64,000 nt of DNA from contig CAYVEK010000001.1 of NCBI GenBank assembly GCA_964450605.1, positions 8,430 through 72,429 of the forward strand, in the 5' to 3' direction. The notes beneath the pieces are model-generated. The model was given only the letters and a program-made list of their open reading frames with translations. It had not been told where the DNA came from and did not search any database. This stretch comes from an uncultured Candidatus Saccharibacteria bacterium. GTDB taxonomy: Bacteria > Patescibacteriota > Minisyncoccia > Phycocordibacterales > CAIZLB01. This document shows, piece by piece, positions 1 to 11,200 of this stretch. The position numbers and the translations under genes were made by a program. The stretch's first letter is position 1, and each line of letters starts with the position of its first letter.

Positions 1-299
1 GAAAGGTAAGACTAGTAACAGATCTAGTTAAGGGTAAGCCTGTTCAAAAAGCGCTTACAACTTTGGAATTTACTCCAAAGCGAGCTGTAACAGCTGTTAA
101 AAAGCTTATTGAAAGTGCTATCGCTAACGCTACAAATGCAGGTATGGCAAAAGATTCTCTAAAGATTAAAAACATCACAGTAGATGAAGGTTTTACTCTG
201 AAACGAATCATGCCTCGAGCACGTGGTTCAGCGAGCCGAATTAATAAAAGAACATCACATATTCATGTGACATTAGACATAATCCAGGATAATAAATAG
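1..299 (+). CDS. rplV: 50S ribosomal protein L22 (5' end outside window)
   Basis: SAIANA and [17 protein letters not shown] motifs; first gene before rpsC. Confidence 0.95.
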   Translation, partial: KVRLVTDLVKGKPVQKALTTLEFTPKRAVTAVKKLIESAIANATNAGMAKDSLKIKNITVDEGFTLKRIMPRARGSASRINKRTSHIHVTLDIIQDNK

Positions 300-309
300 A
301 TAACGAGAT

Positions 310-963
310 ATGACAAAAATAGTTCACCCATATTCACATAGACTTGGTATCATCAAAGATTGGAAATCTCGATGGTTTTCTTCTGATGCAGAGTTTCGAA
401 AAAACTTTAAAGGCGATATTATGATGCGAGAGTGGATTGATAAAAACCTAAAAGGTCAATTTATCGGTCTTACAGAGATCGAGCGAACAGCTAAAGTTAT
501 AAAGGTTATCATTCATACATCACGTCCTGGAATTGTGATCGGTAAAAATGGTGAAGGCTCAACAAAGATCCGAACATCTCTTGAAAAGATTTTGATTAAA
601 GCTGGAGATAAAAAACCTAATCTACAGGTTGAGATCGTAGAGATCAAAAACCCAGAGGCAAGTGCTTCAGTTGTAAGTCAAATGATCGCTGAGGGTATAG
701 AGAAGCGATTACCATATCGACGTGTTCTTAAACAGATCGTTGAGAAGGTTATGGCTGTAAAAGATGTTAAAGGAGTACGAATCTACCTAGGAGGTCGACT
801 TGCTGGTGCTGATATGGCACGAAGTGAGGAGATGAAACGAGGTCGAGTTCCTCTACAAACATTCCGAGCAGACATCGACTACGCTCGAAACAAAGCCCGA
901 ATGCCATATGGAGACATTGGTATTAAGGTTTGGATTTATAAAGGAGAGGTTTTCTCAAAATAA
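310..963 (+). CDS. rpsC: 30S ribosomal protein S3
   Basis: KH motif RPGIVIGKNG and GRVPLQTFRADIDY, GIKVWIYKGE. Confidence 0.98.
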   Translation: MTKIVHPYSHRLGIIKDWKSRWFSSDAEFRKNFKGDIMMREWIDKNLKGQFIGLTEIERTAKVIKVIIHTSRPGIVIGKNGEGSTKIRTSLEKILIKAGDKKPNLQVEIVEIKNPEASASVVSQMIAEGIEKRLPYRRVLKQIVEKVMAVKDVKGVRIYLGGRLAGADMARSEEMKRGRVPLQTFRADIDYARNKARMPYGDIGIKVWIYKGEVFSK

Positions 964-978
964 AATAATAGTAAACAT

Positions 979-1401
979 ATGTTATTTCCAAAAAAAGTAA
1001 AACATCGAAAATGGCAAGTGACTCGACGCAATGCTAAAGTGCTTGTTAAAAGAGTTGAGACACGAGGTACAACTGTTGCAAACGGTGCGTACGGCATGAT
1101 GGCTACAACTCAAGCTCGAATAACTTCAAACCAGATTGAATCTGCTCGAAAAGTTATCGCACGAAGTGTAGGTAAAACAGGACGAATCTGGACACGAATC
1201 TTCCCAGACCGACCTTATACTAAGAAAGCTGCTGAAGTACCCATGGGTTCAGGAAAAGGAGAGCCAGAGGGATTCTGCTTCGAGACTTTTGCTGGACGAG
1301 TATTGTTTGAAGTTGATGGAGTAACAGAAGATGTTGCAAAAGAAGCTTTCCGAAAAGCTGGGTCAAAATTACCAGTAAAAGTTAGAATGGTAACACGATA
1401 A
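979..1401 (+). CDS. rplP: 50S ribosomal protein L16
   Basis: QIESAR, RIFPDRPYTKKAAEVPMGSGKG. Confidence 0.98.
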   Translation: MLFPKKVKHRKWQVTRRNAKVLVKRVETRGTTVANGAYGMMATTQARITSNQIESARKVIARSVGKTGRIWTRIFPDRPYTKKAAEVPMGSGKGEPEGFCFETFAGRVLFEVDGVTEDVAKEAFRKAGSKLPVKVRMVTR

Positions 1402-1410
1402 TAAACACGT

Positions 1411-1653
1411 ATGACACAAACAAAATCTAAAAAAAGAATATTAGAGGGAACAGTGGTATCAAACAAGATGAAAGATACTATTACTGTTAAAGTTGACCGA
1501 TTCGTTAAATTGCCAAAATACCAGAAATATGTTACTGTTTCTAAGAAGTACAAGGCACACGATGCTGGAAATACAAAGAATATCGGAGACAAAGTAACTA
1601 TTATCGAATGCGCTCCGATATCAAAAGATAAGAAGTTTACTTTGGTTAAATAA
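1411..1653 (+). CDS. rpsQ: 30S ribosomal protein S17
   Basis: GTVVSNKMKDTITV, KYKAHD, PISKDKKF. Confidence 0.97.
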   Translation: MTQTKSKKRILEGTVVSNKMKDTITVKVDRFVKLPKYQKYVTVSKKYKAHDAGNTKNIGDKVTIIECAPISKDKKFTLVK

Positions 1654-1662
1654 TACAAATAT

Positions 1663-2034
1663 ATGATACAGCCACAATCAATAGTTTCAATAGCAGATAA
1701 CTCAGGTGCCAAAATTGGTAAAGTTTTCAAAGTACTTGGAGCGGCTGCAAAGCGATATGCTCGAATAGGAGATACTGTTATTTTGTCAGTACAAAAAGCT
1801 GAGCCACGAAAAGGAACAAAAAAGAAAGATGTTCATAAAGCCGTTGTTGTTCGACAGCGACAGGCGTTCCGACGAAAAGATGGTTCATACATTCGTTTTG
1901 ATGAAAATGCAGTAGTTCTGATTGATAAAAACAAAGGAGAGCCAATAGCAGGTCGTATCTTCGGTCCTATTCCACGAGAAATCGCAGAAAAAGGTTATCA
2001 AACTATCGCGTCTAAGGCGCAAGAGATTGTATAG
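1663..2034 (+). CDS. rplN: 50S ribosomal protein L14
   Basis: MIQ..ADNSGAK, DGSYIRFDENAVV, RIFGPI. Confidence 0.98.
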   Translation: MIQPQSIVSIADNSGAKIGKVFKVLGAAAKRYARIGDTVILSVQKAEPRKGTKKKDVHKAVVVRQRQAFRRKDGSYIRFDENAVVLIDKNKGEPIAGRIFGPIPREIAEKGYQTIASKAQEIV

Positions 2035-2077
2035 TCAAAAACATTATATATAACAAGAAACGTATAAGTCTAAACAT

Positions 2078-2290
2078 ATGATTAAAAAAGGACAAACAGT
2101 AAAGATACTATGCGGCGATGACAAAGGAAAGAAAGGAACTGTCATCAAAGTTTTTCCGTTGCAAGATAAAGTATTAGTAGAAGGTGTAAATATGAAAACT
2201 TCTCACAAGAAAGCTACTCAAGGCAAGAAAGGTGAGATCGTTCAAGTTGCTATGCCAATACATATATCAAACGTAGCAGCCGTTAAATAA
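2078..2290 (+). CDS. rplX: 50S ribosomal protein L24 (short, 70 aa)
   Basis: KOW motif GDDKGKKG, VEGVN, PIHISNV. Confidence 0.95.
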   Translation: MIKKGQTVKILCGDDKGKKGTVIKVFPLQDKVLVEGVNMKTSHKKATQGKKGEIVQVAMPIHISNVAAVK

Positions 2291-2306
2291 AGTTTAAAAA
2301 ATTTAT

Positions 2307-2855
2307 ATGACAAAAAATAAACACGTAACAGTAAAAGAAAAAGCAAAAACAGCCTTTGAAACACTTAAAGGTCAGTTTGGCTATAAAAATAAACTTCAAG
2401 CTCCACGAATCGAGAAGGTGGTTGTTTCTACAACAACAGGATCTATTAAAGATCTTAAAAAACGAGATTTGATGGGTGATCGAGTTTCTAAAATAACAGG
2501 CCAGAAACCAGTTGTTACAACAGCTAAAAAATCTATTGCTACATTTAAACTTCGAACAGGTGATGCATCTGGATATAAAGTTACTCTACGAGGAGACAAG
2601 ATGTGGGCGTTTCTTGAGAAAGTTGTTAACATCGCATTCCCACGAACAAAAGACTTCCGAGGTGTTACTGCTACAGGTATAGATAGTATGGGAAACTTCT
2701 CATTCGGTATTAAAGAAAACACTGTGTTCCCAGAAACATCAGATGAAAACATTCAAGATATCTTCGGTCTTGGTGCTACAGTTGTGACTACAAGTAAAAA
2801 TAAAGAAGAAACAAAGGCCTTCCTGGAAATGCTTGGCTTCTTATTTAAAAAATAA
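2307..2855 (+). CDS. rplE: 50S ribosomal protein L5
   Basis: ITGQKP, AKKSIATFKLR, PRTKDFRG, FPE. Confidence 0.97.
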   Translation: MTKNKHVTVKEKAKTAFETLKGQFGYKNKLQAPRIEKVVVSTTTGSIKDLKKRDLMGDRVSKITGQKPVVTTAKKSIATFKLRTGDASGYKVTLRGDKMWAFLEKVVNIAFPRTKDFRGVTATGIDSMGNFSFGIKENTVFPETSDENIQDIFGLGATVVTTSKNKEETKAFLEMLGFLFKK

Positions 2856-2885
2856 AATTTACTATACATAACGTAATATAAAAAT

Positions 2886-3071
2886 ATGGCAAAAAAATCA
2901 GTAATTGAAAGATCAAAAAAGAAACCAAAGTTTAAGAGTCGAGTAGTACGAAGATGCTTCCGATGCGGTCGAAAGCGAGGGTACATGAGAGACTTCGATA
3001 TGTGCCGAATCTGTTTCCGAGAGGCTGCAAACGAAGGATTGATCCCAGGAATTAAGAAATCATCATGGTAG
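2886..3071 (+). CDS. rpsZ: 30S ribosomal protein S14, zinc-binding type Z
   Basis: CxxC...CRIC zinc motif, 61 aa, ends KKSSW. Confidence 0.97.
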   Translation: MAKKSVIERSKKKPKFKSRVVRRCFRCGRKRGYMRDFDMCRICFREAANEGLIPGIKKSSW

Positions 3072-3103
3072 TAAAAACGTATTAAAGATTTTAAGAAAAA
3101 TAT

Positions 3104-3496
3104 ATGAATCACGGAATATCACAAATCATAAATAACCTAAAAAACGCTAATAGTGCAGGAAAAAGTACTACTGTGTTTGGTTTCTCAAAATTTAGAAAAG
3201 CTATTCTAGATAAACTTTCTGCACTAGGTTTTGTTGGAGGTGTTAAAGTTATCGGAACTGGTCCTATCCAGCACATCGAAGTTGAACTTTCATACGATGA
3301 GGCAGGAAAACCAAAGATACAAGGAGTACAACAAGTTTCAAAGTTTTCTCGACGAGCATATGGTTCATACCGAGAAGCTCATCAAGTAAAAAATGGATAT
3401 GGTGCATTACTTGTAAGTACACCTAAAGGAGTGCTCTCTGACAGTGAGGTTCGAAAAGAAAAGGTCGGAGGAGAGTTTCTGTTTAAAATCTGGTAA
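3104..3496 (+). CDS. rpsH: 30S ribosomal protein S8
   Basis: VSTPKGV, VGGE...IW; operon position. Confidence 0.95.
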   Translation: MNHGISQIINNLKNANSAGKSTTVFGFSKFRKAILDKLSALGFVGGVKVIGTGPIQHIEVELSYDEAGKPKIQGVQQVSKFSRRAYGSYREAHQVKNGYGALLVSTPKGVLSDSEVRKEKVGGEFLFKIW

Positions 3497-3527
3497 TACT
3501 ACAAAATAATCATTTAACGTCAAATAT

Positions 3528-4061
3528 ATGTCAAGAATTGGAAAACAAATCATCGAAATACCAGCAGGAACAACTGTTACAGTAAACAACAATGTTGTTA
3601 CAGTAAAAGGTCCTAAAGGAGAACTAACACGACAGTTTCGACCTATCGTAGATATTGTTGTTGATGGAAATACTGTTTCTTTTGTAAAGAAACAAGAGTC
3701 ATCTTTCGGACGATCTCTATGGGGAACATACGCTGCTCATGTTAAAAACATGATCAAAGGTGTAAATGAAGCATATGTAATAAAACTTATCCTAGAAGGA
3801 GTTGGATACAAAGGTGATGTTCAAGGAACAACACTAAACCTCGCACTTGGTTTTTCTCACCCTGTTAAAGTTCAGATTCCAGCTGGTCTTACTGTAACAG
3901 CAGAGAAAGGAACATTTACATTTACAAGTATCGACAAAGAATTGGTTGGAAGTTTTGCTGCCAAGATTCGAGCCTTGAAGAAGCCTGAACCGTATAAAGG
4001 AAAAGGATTCCGATATGATGGCGAAGTTATTGCTCGAAAACAAGGTAAAAAAGCTGCCTAA
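3528..4061 (+). CDS. rplF: 50S ribosomal protein L6
   Basis: MSRIGK, GFSHP, PEPYKGKG. Confidence 0.98.
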   Translation: MSRIGKQIIEIPAGTTVTVNNNVVTVKGPKGELTRQFRPIVDIVVDGNTVSFVKKQESSFGRSLWGTYAAHVKNMIKGVNEAYVIKLILEGVGYKGDVQGTTLNLALGFSHPVKVQIPAGLTVTAEKGTFTFTSIDKELVGSFAAKIRALKKPEPYKGKGFRYDGEVIARKQGKKAA

Positions 4062-4098
4062 TCATTAAATCAAAATAAACGTAATTAATTAAAATTTT

Positions 4099-4440
4099 AT
4101 GAAACGAGTATATTTATCAAACAGAGACAGAATCAAAGCACGAATCCGTGCAAAGGTTAAGGGAACTGCAGAGCGCCCACGTCTAACTGTGTTCAAATCA
4201 AATAAATTTATCTACGCTCAGCTTATCGATGATGTTGCTGGAGTAACTCTCGCACAAGCAAATTCAGCTGAAATGAAAGATAAAAAGATGGATGCAGCTG
4301 TGAAAGTGGGAAAAGCTCTTGCTGAAGCTGCAAAAGCAAAGAAAATAACAAAGGCTGTATTTGACCGAAACGGTTATATCTTTACCGGTCGAGTACTAGC
4401 ACTAGCTGAAGCTGCTCGAGAGGGTGGACTAGAATTTTAA
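4099..4440 (+). CDS. rplR: 50S ribosomal protein L18
   Basis: [34 protein letters not shown]. Confidence 0.98.
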   Translation: MKRVYLSNRDRIKARIRAKVKGTAERPRLTVFKSNKFIYAQLIDDVAGVTLAQANSAEMKDKKMDAAVKVGKALAEAAKAKKITKAVFDRNGYIFTGRVLALAEAAREGGLEF

Positions 4441-4476
4441 TCAATTACGTAGTATATATAGATAATCAAAACAATT

Positions 4477-5094
4477 ATGACAGATCTACAAGAAAACATA
4501 AATACAACTGAGACTCCAGCTCCAGAAGCTACACAGTCTTCTCCTGCACCAGTTGCACATGGAAATCGACGACCGCCTTTCCGAAAAAATCCACGACAAG
4601 ATCGAGGTGACAAACGAGGTCCTAAACGAGAACCTAAAGCTAAACCAGAGTTTGACCAGAAAATCGTTGATATTCGACGAGTGACTCGAGTTACTTCAGG
4701 AGGACGAAAGTTTAGTTTTGCGGTTGCAGTTATTGCTGGTGACCGAAAAGGACGAGTTGGTTTTGGAACAGGAAAAGGGCTGGACACAGCAGTTGCAGTA
4801 GACAAAGCATATCGAAAAGCAAAGAAAAATCTAATACAGATTCCTCTTACAAAAAATGGATTGATTCCTCACGATGTATTTGCAAAATACGCAAGTGCAC
4901 GAGTTGAAATCCGACCAGCACCCGGAAAGGGAGTTGCTGCAGGATCAGCAGTTCGAGATGTGCTAGAGCTAGCAGGTGTTAAAGATGTTATCGGAAAGAT
5001 TCGATCAGGTTCAAAGAACAAGATGAACAACGCCCGAGCAGCTATATCAGCTCTAAGTATGCTTAATACAAAAAAGAAAGTAAAACATTTATAA
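4477..5094 (+). CDS. rpsE: 30S ribosomal protein S5 with disordered N-terminal extension
   Basis: RVTRVTSGGRKFSF, PAPGKGVAAG. Confidence 0.98.
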   Translation: MTDLQENINTTETPAPEATQSSPAPVAHGNRRPPFRKNPRQDRGDKRGPKREPKAKPEFDQKIVDIRRVTRVTSGGRKFSFAVAVIAGDRKGRVGFGTGKGLDTAVAVDKAYRKAKKNLIQIPLTKNGLIPHDVFAKYASARVEIRPAPGKGVAAGSAVRDVLELAGVKDVIGKIRSGSKNKMNNARAAISALSMLNTKKKVKHL

Positions 5095-5101
5095 AAAACA
5101 T

Positions 5102-5545
5102 ATGCAGCTACATACACTTAAAAGAAATACAAAAAGAAAAGTAAAACAGCAAGTTGGACGTGGTTCAAAACGAGGTAAAACTTCTGGACGAGGTCAAAAA
5201 GGACAGACATCACGTGCTGGACGAAAACTTCGACCTGAGATCCGAGAGGTGATCAAGAAGATTCCTAAACTACGAGGACAGAATAAAAACTCTTTCAGTG
5301 AGAGCCGAGTTCGACCTATAGTTTTGAATCTATCTGATCTTGCTTCAGTTCCTGCTGGAACAGTTCTTACACCAAAAACTTTTGTTGATCTAAAACTTGT
5401 TTCTCTTGTAAAAGGTAAAGTTCCTGCCATTAAAGTTCTGGGAGATGGAGAGATTACACAAGCATTAACAATTAAGAAGGTTGCAGTTTCTGCATCTGCA
5501 ACAGCAAAAATAGAAAAAGCAGGCGGAAAAGTATATGCTATCTAA
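5102..5545 (+). CDS. rplO: 50S ribosomal protein L15
   Basis: GKTSGRGQKGQTSRAG, KVLGDG, KIEKAGG. Confidence 0.97.
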   Translation: MQLHTLKRNTKRKVKQQVGRGSKRGKTSGRGQKGQTSRAGRKLRPEIREVIKKIPKLRGQNKNSFSESRVRPIVLNLSDLASVPAGTVLTPKTFVDLKLVSLVKGKVPAIKVLGDGEITQALTIKKVAVSASATAKIEKAGGKVYAI

Positions 5546-6812
5546 ACTAAAATTCATATTTACTGATAAAACACTAAGAAACCGAGTACTCGCGTGTCTT
5601 GGTGTTTTGGCTATTTTTAGAGCTTTGTCAGCTATTCCTGTTCCAGGAGTAAATACAGACGCTCTTCAAGCTGTTCTTGGAGAAAATAGTTTCTTTCAAG
5701 TTCTTAACCTGTTTTCAGGAGGAGGACTATCTAGTTTATCTATCTTGATGCTTGGAGTTGGTCCATACATCACTGCGTCTATCATCATACAGTTGCTGAC
5801 TATGGTGTTTCCAAAAATGAAACAGCTACAGCAAGAAGAGGGTACAGCTGGACGACAGAAGATTTCACAGTACAGTAGACTTCTAACTATACCTCTTGCA
5901 CTTGTTCAAACTTTTGCACTTGTTTCTCTTATCTCTCGACAATCACCACAGGTATTTGGAGAGCTTACATCTTTTGCATTCCTTCAGATCGCTATTATCG
6001 TAGTTGCATCATCAGTACTTCTTATGTGGCTTGGAGAAAGACTTTCTGAGTATGGTTTAGGAAACGGTATCTCTCTGATTATTGCGGGAGGTATTATCGC
6101 AAGTATGCCACAGAGTATCTCACGAATCTGGGCTACATTTGATGCCACACAGGCTCCTGGATTTATAGCAATACTTGCTGTTGCTATTGCTGCTATCTGG
6201 CTTATTGTGTTCGTTACAGAAGCTGAGCGACCTATAGAGGTTACATATGCTCGACAAGCTCGATCATTGTCTACACAAGGTGCGGGTGGATCAAGTAAGT
6301 CATATATGCCTATTCGTTTGAATCAGGCCGGAGTGATGCCTATCATCTTCGCTCTTACTCTTTTGATGTTCCCAACATTTATAGCAAACTTTATATCAGG
6401 TTCTTCAGTTGAGATCTTGAGAAATATCGGTTTGTTTGTAACTCGATGGATGCAAAATGGATGGGTATACGGAATACTATACTTTGTACTTGTATTTGTA
6501 TTTACGTACTTCTACACAGCTATCACTTTTGATCCAAAACAGATTGCAGAAAACCTACAGAAGCAGGGTGCGTTTGTTCCGGGTATACGACCAGGTGATC
6601 AGACAGTTGATTATATGTCACGAATCGTAACAAAGACTACATTTATCGGAGCTTTGTTTCTAGGAATAGTCGCGATACTTCCATCAGTTATCCAAGGTCT
6701 TACAGGTATAAATAGTATCAAGATCGGTGGAACAGGTATATTGATCGTTGTTTCAGTTGTTATCGAAGTTCTAAAGAAAATTGATGCACAGGTTGGTATG
6801 CGACAGTACTAA
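5535..6812 (+). CDS. secY: preprotein translocase subunit SecY
   Basis: IPVPG, LGVGPYITASII, AGVMPIIFA, PGIRPG, GGTGILIVV; about 10 TM segments. Confidence 0.98.
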   Translation: MLSKLKFIFTDKTLRNRVLACLGVLAIFRALSAIPVPGVNTDALQAVLGENSFFQVLNLFSGGGLSSLSILMLGVGPYITASIIIQLLTMVFPKMKQLQQEEGTAGRQKISQYSRLLTIPLALVQTFALVSLISRQSPQVFGELTSFAFLQIAIIVVASSVLLMWLGERLSEYGLGNGISLIIAGGIIASMPQSISRIWATFDATQAPGFIAILAVAIAAIWLIVFVTEAERPIEVTYARQARSLSTQGAGGSSKSYMPIRLNQAGVMPIIFALTLLMFPTFIANFISGSSVEILRNIGLFVTRWMQNGWVYGILYFVLVFVFTYFYTAITFDPKQIAENLQKQGAFVPGIRPGDQTVDYMSRIVTKTTFIGALFLGIVAILPSVIQGLTGINSIKIGGTGILIVVSVVIEVLKKIDAQVGMRQY

Positions 6813-6836
6813 TATCTGATGTGATATACTGTGGGT

Positions 6837-7445
6837 ATGACAAAACTTCCACAAACGATTATCTTTATGGGTCGATCTGGCTCAGGTAAAGGTACGCAGG
6901 TAGAGCTTCTTCGGGCACATCTCGAACAGCAAGGTTATAGTGATTTTATTGATCTACAAACAGGTTCTTTGTTCCGAGAGTTCATAACCGGAGATACGCT
7001 TACAGCTCATCTCGCCAAAGAGATATACACAGAAGGTGGTAAGGATTATGATTTTTTGGCCACATATTTGATTATTGATTTTTTCAATAAAAAATATTCA
7101 GGCAAAGAGAGCTTGTTTGTTGATGGTAATCCTCGTTCAAAACTAGAAGCGGAACTATTTACAGGTATTCTCAATTTTTATAAAAGATTTGATGAATCTC
7201 AGTTCAGTAAACCGATAGTTATTTATGTCGATGTAAGCCATGATTGGGCTATAGATAAGTTAAAGAAGAGGGGTAGAGCAGATGATTCAATGATCGAAAA
7301 TATGGAACGCAAGATGTCATGGTTTGATACTGAAACTATCCCTGCAGTAGAATATCTCAAACAAGATCCTCGATATAAGTTTATTCATGTAAACGGTGAG
7401 CAGAGTATAGAAGAAGTTCATCAAGAAATAGTAAGTAGATTATAA
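6837..7445 (+). CDS. adk: adenylate kinase family (short, LID-less type)
   Basis: P-loop GRSGSGKGTQ, DGNPR, RGRADD; follows secY; ATG 6837 lies just after TATACT. Confidence 0.85.
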   Translation: MTKLPQTIIFMGRSGSGKGTQVELLRAHLEQQGYSDFIDLQTGSLFREFITGDTLTAHLAKEIYTEGGKDYDFLATYLIIDFFNKKYSGKESLFVDGNPRSKLEAELFTGILNFYKRFDESQFSKPIVIYVDVSHDWAIDKLKKRGRADDSMIENMERKMSWFDTETIPAVEYLKQDPRYKFIHVNGEQSIEEVHQEIVSRL

Positions 7446-7446
7446 A

Positions 7447-8223
7447 ATGATTCAGATATATTCAAAAGACGAAATAGAAGTTTTGCGAGAAGGGGGAGAA
7501 CTCCTTTTTCGTATTTTGAGTGCATTGAAAGAAAAAACTGTTGACGGGGTTGATACTTTTACACTGAATCAGTACGCGCTAGAGTTATGTGAAAAACATG
7601 ACGCTAAACCTGCTTTTCTAAATTATAAACCTCATGGAGCGCCACGTCCTTTTCCTGGGGCGTTGTGCTTGTCGATAAATGATGAGGTTGTTCACGGTAT
7701 TCCAAATGAAAAAAATAGAGTTTTGAAAAACAGCGACGTTGTGGTTCTTGATATGGGTATTTTGTATAAAGGTATGTATACCGACAGTGCTATCACAACA
7801 GTGATAGGGGGTGATGATAAAAATCCGGTCGGTGCAAAGATGGTAGAGGTTGCTGAAAAAGCCCTATATGCTGCGATCGATGCAGTAAAACCGGGTATAC
7901 GAACAGGAACTATTGGACACATCATAGAACAAACTGTAAAAACAAACAGTAAATTTTCAATACCACATGAGCTTGGGGGACATGGTATAGGTAAAACTAT
8001 TCATGAAGATCCATTTATGCCGAACTTTGGTAAAAAAGGAGAGGGTCCGATACTGCGAGAGAGTATGGTTCTGGCTATAGAACCGATACTTGCAGAAAAA
8101 AAACCACACCTAAAAGTTTTAAAAGATGGATACACATATGTAACTGTTGATAAAGGATTAAGTGTTCATGTTGAACATACTATTGTGGTAACAAAAGACG
8201 GGGCAGAGATTTTGACGAGATAA
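7447..8223 (+). CDS. map: methionine aminopeptidase type I
   Basis: SINDEVVHGIP, DSA, GHGIG..HEDP, AIEP, EHT metal ligands. Confidence 0.97.
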   Translation: MIQIYSKDEIEVLREGGELLFRILSALKEKTVDGVDTFTLNQYALELCEKHDAKPAFLNYKPHGAPRPFPGALCLSINDEVVHGIPNEKNRVLKNSDVVVLDMGILYKGMYTDSAITTVIGGDDKNPVGAKMVEVAEKALYAAIDAVKPGIRTGTIGHIIEQTVKTNSKFSIPHELGGHGIGKTIHEDPFMPNFGKKGEGPILRESMVLAIEPILAEKKPHLKVLKDGYTYVTVDKGLSVHVEHTIVVTKDGAEILTR

Positions 8224-8243
8224 TATTGTGTTATAATATACGC

Positions 8244-11200
8244 ATGACATTTTTTAAACGTATTTGTGTATTTTTACTTATAGTAGGTTTTGTATTTGGA
8301 ATAATTCCTATTCAAAAATATAAAGGTTTCGAGCCAACTAAGGTTCATGCTGCAGATCCATGGTGGAATAACGGTTGGACAAAAAGAATGAAGATTACTT
8401 TTGCTAACGGATCACGAGGAGCTTTAACTGATTTTCCTGTTCAAGTCGCTCTAAACTCTGGAAGAGTTACGTATGGAAACTTTAAAGCAGGTGGGGCAGA
8501 TGTTAGATTTGTTGACGCTGACGGTTCGACTTTGTTGAACTATGAAATAGAGAAGTGGGATACATCAGGAACATCTACATTGTGGGTTAAAATACCGCAG
8601 ATAGATAGTGCGTCAGATACTGATTATATATACATGTATTATGGAAACACTGGAGCATCTGCTGTTGCAACTACTACAGGTGTCTGGGATTCTAGTTATG
8701 TTACAGTGCAACACTGGGGTGAGGATCCGACAGGTGCAGCTCCGCAGTTTCAAGACAGTACTGTGAACAATAAAGACGGTACAGCGTCATCTTCTCAGGT
8801 TGGAGGTCCTGTAGTCGCCACAACACTCTCTGGTAGATTTGGAAGTGGTCTTGATTTTAATGGAAATACTCATTTTGTTGATGAAGGTGAGACACAGCTC
8901 GCACCTCTTCCAAATGGTTCAGCCGAGTTCTGGTTTGATATAGATACTATGGCAGCGTCTTCTACGAACAGGTATCTATTTTCTCGAGTAAAGTCTGGAG
9001 CAAACGATGGGGAGCTTAGAGTTTATGTTGATACTACTTCAGGATCTGTGAACCGAGATAAGATTGTCTTTCAGATAGAGTGTACGGTTCCTTCTTCTAT
9101 AAGCCCTATAGCAACATCAACAGCCTCAACAACTATCGATAGCTGGTATCATGTAACGGCAGTTTGGGATGATGACACTGCGGGTGCTATGAAGTTATAT
9201 GTAAACGGTACTCAGGTTGGATATTCAAATACAACAACTTGTGGATCAGAAGCTACTGCAGTTGTTACTATGGCAGGTAAAAACAATGCCTTAAACAACG
9301 GTTATTTTGATGGCCAGATGGATGAACTTCGAGTTTCTTCTGTTGCTCGTTCTGCTGACTGGATAAACGCTTCTTATGTTTCGGGTGTCGATGGTTTGAA
9401 TACATATGCAGGTGTTGAAAATCAACCTGATGCAGTTCCTCCTGTTATATCTTCTATCGCATCATCAACGACTGATACTACGGCAACTATCACCTGGACA
9501 ACAGACGAGTCTGCTACATCTACTGTTAACTACGGATTGACAACAAGTTATGGTTCAGCATCTTCTTCAAACACTGGAACAACTAACCATTCAATACAAC
9601 TAACCGGCCTCACGCAAAGTACGACGTATAATTTTCAAATATCTGTTTGGGATACATCTAGTAACTTGGCTACATCTTCAAACTTAACGTTTAGAACAGC
9701 TGCGGCAACTCCTCCTGGACAACCTACAAGTGTAACAGTGTATCCATATGATAATAGGGCACATTTACGATGGACGGCTTCGACGGGTACTGTGACAGAT
9801 TATAAGATAGAGTACAAACTTTCTTCGGAGCCTACTACTTGGACATTGTTTAATGATGGAGTCTCAACTGCAACCACAACTATGGTTACAGGTCTTACAA
9901 ACAATGTTGCATATGATTTTAGAATAACAGGTACAAATGGAGGTTCGGATGGAACAGTTTCGGCAACGGTTAGTACGACACCTAGTTATTTGATGACTTT
10001 TGTAAATCCAACCATAGCTAACGGAAACTCGACATCATCTACAACCATAACAGCCTACGCTTCAACCACATCAGGACTTACTCCTTCTTATTTTACCTTT
10101 AGACTTGAGACGTCAGGAGGTTCTCTTGTATCAAACTCTACAACAACTACACGGTGGGGAGATTTCTCTTTGAATCACCTAACAGAGTTATCACATAAGG
10201 TAGATATTGCTATAACGAGTGATTTGTCTGGACATGTGTACGTTCCGACAACAAATACTTTGTTTACGGTTCATAATAATCAAAATGTTCTAACTGAACT
10301 TAACAGAGATGGAACACTAGCAAGTAGTTCAAGACCAACTATTACATGTAGTGCCTGCGGTGATATAGAGGATATTACATTGGTTTCAAGTGTTGCCTCT
10401 ACAACTGCTGGAGGATATGATCATACATTTATGATTTCTACTGAGGATGTTGATACAAATAACTTGCAGATATTCAGAATAGTTGTCCACTCAAAAGGTG
10501 CGGTTACGGTAAATAGAAATGATTATTTTTCAACCGGTATCGCCGCCTCATCTACAAATGATGGACTTGAAGGTATCGCGTATAACGCAAACACGGATAC
10601 ATATTTTGTGTCTGTAGAAGGTCAGGCCACACAAACGACCCGTCCTCGTCTGTATGAAGTAACCCTTGGCTCGGGTCACAGTGCAACATCTGTTCCTGTT
10701 TGTACAAACATCAACTTCCGTGATTATTTAACAGAGGATAATACTGTTGCTTACGGAAACACTGCATACGCAGATATATCTGGTCTTGATTTTTCAACCT
10801 CTACAAATCGTCTGTATGTGATATCTCATAAAGCTGACAAGATATTGGAGGTGGATGTTGCAAATCGAAATAGTTGTTCTGTCTTAAATCAATTACCCAT
10901 AGCAATGCGTGCTGACAGTGGTCCAAATCATGATTTTCAAATGCCTGAAGGTGTTGCGTGGGATGCTACAGGAGATTATATGTATGTTTCAGCCGAACTA
11001 AGTTACTGGTCTATTTGGAGAACAAACACATATACAGTTCAAAAAACATTTACAGGTTTGACTCCTGGCACATATAACTTGTACACAAGTGTAACTGATG
11101 CTTTTGGAAATACTTCTACAACTACAGCTAGATCATTTACGGTCTTTACTCCTGACACAACTGCCCCTGTTATATCAAATATCGCATCTTCTACAACTGA

